DNA of 64,000 nucleotides from Giardia intestinalis (Eukaryota): NCBI GenBank assembly GCA_000002435.2, contig CM018792.1; one strand, 5' to 3'. Shown piece by piece: positions 59,032 to 64,000 of this stretch (position 1 is its first letter; each line of letters starts with the position of its first letter). The notes under the pieces were generated by a model. It saw only the letters and a program-made list of their open reading frames with translations, ran no database searches and was not told where the DNA came from. The position numbers and the translations under genes were made by a program.

Positions 59032-59919
59032 CTAAATCTGCATCCTTCGCAAGTACACTCTACACCGGTCTATCTCTCTTGCCAATTTATCTCTGGCCTC
59101 GGTAAGGTCCTGCACCTGCTGAAGTAGAAACTCGGCCTCTCCGTCCCCATACTTCCCCTGAGCCAATTTTCGAATTAGCTCGGTCTCCGCTGACGCCCCG
59201 CGAACACTTTCTTCCAAGCTTTGCAGATTGATCTGAAGCTGCATATTGTGCCTTAGTAACTCCTCCAATTCAGAAGATAGGTTCTCACAGTGGCTTTCTT
59301 TGGCTGTCAACCTCGCTTCTTTGGCTGCCAGTTCATCTGTTAGGGTGCTGATTTGGTCTAGTAAATCTTGTCGGGTTCTGTCCGCAGCTTCGCAGCTGGC
59401 GGTATTCCTCTCTATCTCTGCCTCTATCGCACGTATTTCACATTGCAAGCTGCTGCACGGAGTGTCTACTGCCGTTAAAGTAAGCTCGCTGAGCTCTTCA
59501 ACCATGCTCCGATATAAACCTTCAATCTCTGTGGCCTGGCGCGTATGCTCTGCAATGAATGCCATGATATGCTCGGCACATGTATGAATTCTGTTGCTCA
59601 CTAAGGCCTCCTCCGCCTGCGTAAGGAGACTCTCAAGATGGCTAACATCAATCTGTGGTGTACGCTTTAGGGCCTCCGTTGCAAACTCTTCAGTGAACAC
59701 CCGATGGATGGCCAGCTGCTCTGCAGCTGGACGTTGTTCGTGCAGACTTCCACTAAGACGCATTGAAACAGCAAGCTCTTCCACCGGGCTTTTAACGATC
59801 TGTCCCCGTTCTTGCAATTTACGCTCTATGTCATGAATGTCGTTCATCAGGCGCCGCTCAAGCTCTTCCACTGCGGCCGTCTGTGTCAGCTCGACGTCTG
59901 GCGGTAGCGAGTGAAACAT
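59032..59919 (-). CDS. Hypothetical coiled-coil protein
   Basis: The first ATG is at 59919 (MFHSLPPDV) behind gccaaaaATG; the 'M' at 59955 in the ORF track is a GTG. The protein is heptad-rich throughout. Confidence 0.5.
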   Translation of the reverse strand: MFHSLPPDVELTQTAAVEELERRLMNDIHDIERKLQERGQIVKSPVEELAVSMRLSGSLHEQRPAAEQLAIHRVFTEEFATEALKRTPQIDVSHLESLLTQAEEALVSNRIHTCAEHIMAFIAEHTRQATEIEGLYRSMVEELSELTLTAVDTPCSSLQCEIRAIEAEIERNTASCEAADRTRQDLLDQISTLTDELAAKEARLTAKESHCENLSSELEELLRHNMQLQINLQSLEESVRGASAETELIRKLAQGKYGDGEAEFLLQQVQDLTEARDKLAREIDRCRVYLRRMQI

Positions 59920-59944
59920 TTTTGGCAAGCAATGCGTGCCAGAT

Positions 59945-62599
59945 TTATTCGTCACTGTGCTTCGTCATCTCGCTTATCGCGCTTATATCGCTAAGACTTG
60001 GAAATGCTTGCGCCAGATCCTGTATCTTGTTTCTATACTGTTGAAGGGGCGATGCCTCTGAAACGGGCAGGGCTGCACTGATCTCAAGAGCGGTCAACCT
60101 CTGAACCGAAGCTTTTTTGCTACTGACCTCAGAATCCCGCTCACGATCAGCAGATGAACGTAGTTCGGAAATGTCTGGCAAGTGCTGCATGGGCATGGTA
60201 AGAAATTGGCTACTACTTTCGTCAACTAAGCCTTTCTGGCTTACACCCGGAAGAAGTGCCTTTGCAGAGGGCCGTTCTCGAGTATTGGCTCGCTCCAAAA
60301 GCGAGCTTTCTGTCGCATTTGTAAGCGCTAAGGCCTCCAGTGCCGAAAGGTTCTCTATTGTTGCCTTAGGAGCTGTAGAAGGAATAATACGAGGAGGATG
60401 CCGTACGCTCAATGCTTGAGGCGCTTCAGGTGTAATATTGAAGACGACAGAGTCGTTATCATTGACCTTTACTTTCTCTGACGTTTGCTGAGTCGTTCGT
60501 TGAATTTCCGAAGGAGAGCTAATAGAGGCTCCGATGTGCGTTGCAGATGGTAGGCTTACACTACATGCGTTAGTAGGCTGGTCTTCGATTACAATTACGG
60601 ACAGTGGGGCAGGCTCTGGATTCAAGACAGATTCATGCTTGTGTGTGCTGGTAGTAGATAGCGTATCACTTATTTCATAGATGCTATTAGGCAAATCCAA
60701 CTGCACTTGAGTGTGTGAGGCATCGTTTTCAGATAGGCCAGGCGAGAGCCCGTGTCCATGGCCCATGTACACCGCTGAATAAGTGCCGGATGAAGTGGTC
60801 GCAGCGCTGCCGTAGCGCTTGCCTGTGGCCGTGGGCTGCTGGTCCTTGCTGGGCTGTTGAACATCGGTGCAGTTCTCGTAGTACCGTGATACGTGACCCC
60901 TCGTTGCCTCATAGAGCATGTCTGCCGGCGTAATCTCTCTATATTCACGATAGTTGCGAAAGTATTTGAGGTAATGCTCCCGTGTAGCTTCCACACGAAG
61001 AATGTTAGCATCTTTTGTGTTGTGGCTGAACAAAACTTTTGGTATCTTTTGACTTAAAAGGGTGTTGAAGCGATGCCTCTGCCGCAGTATTAGTTCGTTC
61101 TGCATATTTATGATCAAGTCCGTCCGAAGCTCTTCTGCTCTATTCGAAAAGGCCTTGGGAACCTGTGCGTCGTGCACGCTATTGAAATTGCCTTGAAATG
61201 TAGACTTTATATATGGATTTGTGAAATTTATCGCGTATAGTCCGGAGCGATGCTGGCAGACCATCTCAAGCCCGTTGATGAGAAGATTGTGTGTGTTTGG
61301 CAGGAACACAGCCATCTGCAATGCATATTCTGCAGACAAATTATTAATTGTTTCAATCTTTATGCTCTCTATGTCTGCATGAAAATCCTCGTCGAGAAGG
61401 GTGCCAAGCCGCATGTTATCGTCGATCTGCTCGTCCATAGTCCGCTCTTTGTGACAGAGGTTGTCGGAAGTTGAGCTTCCATTAGGATCCTGGTTCTCTG
61501 AGGTACCTTGCAACAGACCTTCAGCTTCCTTGGCTTGCTTTGAAAGCTGATTCTTTAGGATTGAATGAGAGCATATCTGACATAGTGGAATAAAGTCCTC
61601 TTCCTTGAGGATTTCCTGTTCAATGGTCTTATATCTGCTAACTACGATGTCAACGATGTGGTTTAGCTGGGATTCTTCCTCACATAAATCCTTCTGATCG
61701 GTGCCAATCAGTATTCGTGTCTCGTCCGAGTCTTCGTTTTCTTCTTGGACAAAGTCTGATATGTTGTATCTAATATCGACATTGGCGCGGTCCAAGATCG
61801 TCGAGAGAACATGGCTTTGAAGTCTTGTCTGAAGCTTGACATCTTTAGTACTTGGCCTACTGTCTCCGATGCTCTTTTCAAATTTATCTCCTAACTTGAG
61901 GTCGTACTCACGGATAGTCTTTTCAGCATACTGCTTAGCCTGTTCGATCTGGGCAATGTGCTGCCGCAGCGACTTGATATGGTTGTCCTTGAGAGTGCAC
62001 TGCTCCTCGAGGGATGATATGTGAGAGTATGCGGACATTATCTCGTTCTTATTTTCAGTGAGCTTATCTAACAGCTTGTTGAGCACTCTATTATCGTAGG
62101 CCAAGGAGGTAATAGAGTCTCTCAGCTCGTCCTCGAAGCAGATCCTTTGCTCCAACCGTGAATTGCTTGCTTCAGACGGCACGTTGTGTGGATGACTGTC
62201 TGTGGTATATTGCTTACTCAGGGTGTCGTGTGCTTTGCCCGGATGCTCAATATGCCTCAGAGGGCCTACTGGCATATCCTGATCACTGTCAGGAAGATGA
62301 TAGGCATCTGTGTGGTGAGTAGTTAACAGCATCGGCTTAGCTGAACTGTCACCAGCCATGTGATGTGCAAAGGCAGAAAGGACGCGATTGTGCCTCCGCT
62401 CTCGACTTTGTGGAATATTGTGAGTAACTTGGCCTATGTTCTGTTGTGCTTGGACAGCAAGGGTCCCGAACGAGTGTTGGTAGAGAGGGACTCCGTCCTC
62501 GTTCACCGTAACCAGTTGTTGGCTAGCCGAGGCTCCACGGCGGCCCCTGGTCCCTGGGAAGTTGTCACATAGATTAACCCCATGCTGATTCTTTCTCAT
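59945..62599 (-). CDS. Hypothetical protein, 884 aa, with a central coiled-coil region
   Basis: Long ORF with a genuine ATG at 62599. I recognise no homolog. Confidence 0.5.
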   Translation of the reverse strand: MRKNQHGVNLCDNFPGTRGRRGASASQQLVTVNEDGVPLYQHSFGTLAVQAQQNIGQVTHNIPQSRERRHNRVLSAFAHHMAGDSSAKPMLLTTHHTDAYHLPDSDQDMPVGPLRHIEHPGKAHDTLSKQYTTDSHPHNVPSEASNSRLEQRICFEDELRDSITSLAYDNRVLNKLLDKLTENKNEIMSAYSHISSLEEQCTLKDNHIKSLRQHIAQIEQAKQYAEKTIREYDLKLGDKFEKSIGDSRPSTKDVKLQTRLQSHVLSTILDRANVDIRYNISDFVQEENEDSDETRILIGTDQKDLCEEESQLNHIVDIVVSRYKTIEQEILKEEDFIPLCQICSHSILKNQLSKQAKEAEGLLQGTSENQDPNGSSTSDNLCHKERTMDEQIDDNMRLGTLLDEDFHADIESIKIETINNLSAEYALQMAVFLPNTHNLLINGLEMVCQHRSGLYAINFTNPYIKSTFQGNFNSVHDAQVPKAFSNRAEELRTDLIINMQNELILRQRHRFNTLLSQKIPKVLFSHNTKDANILRVEATREHYLKYFRNYREYREITPADMLYEATRGHVSRYYENCTDVQQPSKDQQPTATGKRYGSAATTSSGTYSAVYMGHGHGLSPGLSENDASHTQVQLDLPNSIYEISDTLSTTSTHKHESVLNPEPAPLSVIVIEDQPTNACSVSLPSATHIGASISSPSEIQRTTQQTSEKVKVNDNDSVVFNITPEAPQALSVRHPPRIIPSTAPKATIENLSALEALALTNATESSLLERANTRERPSAKALLPGVSQKGLVDESSSQFLTMPMQHLPDISELRSSADRERDSEVSSKKASVQRLTALEISAALPVSEASPLQQYRNKIQDLAQAFPSLSDISAISEMTKHSDE

Positions 62600-62697
62600 T
62601 TGCAGATACCAAAAGAGGTTTTACTAAAAGGAGATTTGTGAATCTAATTAGAAGATTTAATTGGAGCATGCTAGGGGAGACCAGCCTGTCTCCTGTC

Positions 62698-64000
62698 CTA
62701 TTTTCTGGATGCCTTCTTTCCTTTAGTAAGTAGGGGAGACTTTTGCGTGAGTTGACTCTCTGACTTCGTTCTGAAGTTACGCAGATCTATTGTAGGTGAC
62801 TCGACTGCAGGTGGGATTGGCGCCTCTGAAAAAAGTGCAGTAATGTTAGGATTCGATGAGGATAATGCGTACTCGAGAGCTGTTTTGCCTGTTTTTGTGG
62901 GTATATCTCGTTCAGAGTCTATAAGTAGCTTGACGACGTCCTTATGCTGACCAAAGAGGGCGTAGACAAGAGCTGTCCTGCCTTCGTCGTCCTGTATGCG
63001 TGTTTCTTTGGGCATTAGAATCTCTACTATTGAAGCATAGCCTTTGTATGCTGCAAGCATCATAGCAGTAAGCCCCCGGCTATTTTGCTTTCGGGCCTGT
63101 AGGCTGGCGAGAGCAGGTACGCAGTCTGCTTGTCCAGCCTGAGCAGCAAACATCAGCGCTGTCCATCCATTGGGGGCAACGATGGAGTGCTCTACACTGG
63201 CAAGAATCTCAACGACAAGTGTGACTCCTGCCCGTGCCGCATACATTAGTGACGAGAGACCAGACTTGTCCAGCAGGCCAGCTTCTAAGGAAGAAAGAGT
63301 TAGAGCATACCGTCCAAAATTATCACGCAAGAGGTGCATCAAGGCCGTCATCCCCAATGCGTCTTGCAGCTTGGCTTCCTTATGTATAAGGCACTCTATT
63401 CCGACGCTGAACCGATTATGTATTGCGAACATTAAAGCACTTCGGCCATTAGCGTCTTGGTGTCCTGCCTCAAGATCACAGAGGGTACGAACTCCGTCTC
63501 CAAACCCGACTCTGCACGAAATCATCAAGGCTGTAAGTCCCCTTTTTGTCTGCTTTCCCGGCTCGATAGTTAGCTCCGAGAGGCGCTGAGTGTCGCAGCC
63601 TACGCAAGCCAACATAAGGGGAGACCAATCTGTTGGTACATTCAAATGCTTCTCCTGACTGTAAAGCTGGTGTGCTATGTCTAGGTCTTCTTTCTCTAGA
63701 GCATAATACAATGCACTCTTGCCTTCCTTATCAACAAGGCCTCCTTCCAAAGGCTGCAGAAGAGATACAGCCTCTCTGTCTCCTTTCAGTACGGCGTGCA
63801 TTAGTGCAGTTCGCTGATTCATGTCTACCATAGCAGCCTCTTCTACACATAACCTTTGGATTGCGGTCGCAGAAGCTTTGCAGCGATTGAGCTCGGACAG
63901 CCTGTTGTACTTTGCGGCGAGAATAAGTGCGGTTTCACCGTCACAAGTATATATTCTTCCCTCCTTGGTGAGCAAAGACTCTATTGCGTGGTAATTCCCT
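62698..64000 (-). CDS. Ankyrin-repeat protein (protein 21.1 family). The 5' end may extend beyond the window edge.
   Basis: Repeating TALMHAVLKGDREAVSLL / SALMFAIHNRFSVGIECLI / TALMFAAQAGQADCVPAL units. The ORF is still open at 63975-64000. Confidence 0.75.
   Translation of the reverse strand, partial: GNYHAIESLLTKEGRIYTCDGETALILAAKYNRLSELNRCKASATAIQRLCVEEAAMVDMNQRTALMHAVLKGDREAVSLLQPLEGGLVDKEGKSALYYALEKEDLDIAHQLYSQEKHLNVPTDWSPLMLACVGCDTQRLSELTIEPGKQTKRGLTALMISCRVGFGDGVRTLCDLEAGHQDANGRSALMFAIHNRFSVGIECLIHKEAKLQDALGMTALMHLLRDNFGRYALTLSSLEAGLLDKSGLSSLMYAARAGVTLVVEILASVEHSIVAPNGWTALMFAAQAGQADCVPALASLQARKQNSRGLTAMMLAAYKGYASIVEILMPKETRIQDDEGRTALVYALFGQHKDVVKLLIDSERDIPTKTGKTALEYALSSSNPNITALFSEAPIPPAVESPTIDLRNFRTKSESQLTQKSPLLTKGKKASRK

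Noticed and set aside
1-64000. Search for GilM/GilT/GilD non-LTR retrotransposons, rDNA units or reverse-transcriptase motifs next to the telomere
   Set aside because: There is no YxDD or RT-like ORF, no rRNA-like sequence and no long tandem units. The telomere abuts VSP sequence directly.

Overview
This window looks like a chromosome end of Giardia intestinalis (lamblia); the organism is inferred from sequence hallmarks only. Positions 1-608 are degenerate (CCCTA)n telomere repeats, equivalent to (TAGGG)n on the minus strand, which is the Giardia telomere unit. Positions 609-6829 hold a head-to-tail array of three variant-specific surface protein (VSP) genes on the minus strand. The VSPs are CXXC-rich with GGCY motifs; two copies end in the invariant ...CRGKA tail, each followed by the extended VSP poly(A) signal ACTYRGGTAGTGAAT. 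Only the telomere-distal copy (4979..6829) is complete, with an ATG and signal peptide. The two telomere-proximal copies lack ATG and signal peptide and start directly after a (CACTAT/CACAC) microsatellite. The most distal of these (VSP1) is frameshifted, and its reading frame runs straight into the first telomere repeat, so the chromosome appears to have been healed inside a VSP gene. A roughly 1.1-kb ORF-poor spacer follows, then a compact, intron-free core region of about 30 genes. Most of these start with an ATG directly behind a short AT-rich initiator and end at an AGTRAAY poly(A) signal. Recognisable genes are Rpn11, three NEK-like pseudokinases with ankyrin repeats, tRNA-Arg(CCT), PLPBP/YggS, a CstF-50-like WD40 protein, a CHP-like EF-hand protein, a Tem1/Spg1-type GTPase, uridine phosphorylase, RPL26, a divergent kinesin-like protein, a 5163-aa single-exon axonemal-type dynein heavy chain, an SDR, two 21.1-type ankyrin proteins, a lysophospholipid acyltransferase, a 937-aa threonine dehydratase with a large extra N-terminal domain, and EF-1 gamma. 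No retrotransposon (GilM/GilT), rDNA or CRISPR-like structure is present. The items most worth a second look are the telomere/VSP junction architecture, the unusual threonine-dehydratase fusion, an antisense zinc-finger-like ORF overlapping the Rpn11 start, and two ORF-poor AT-rich islands.
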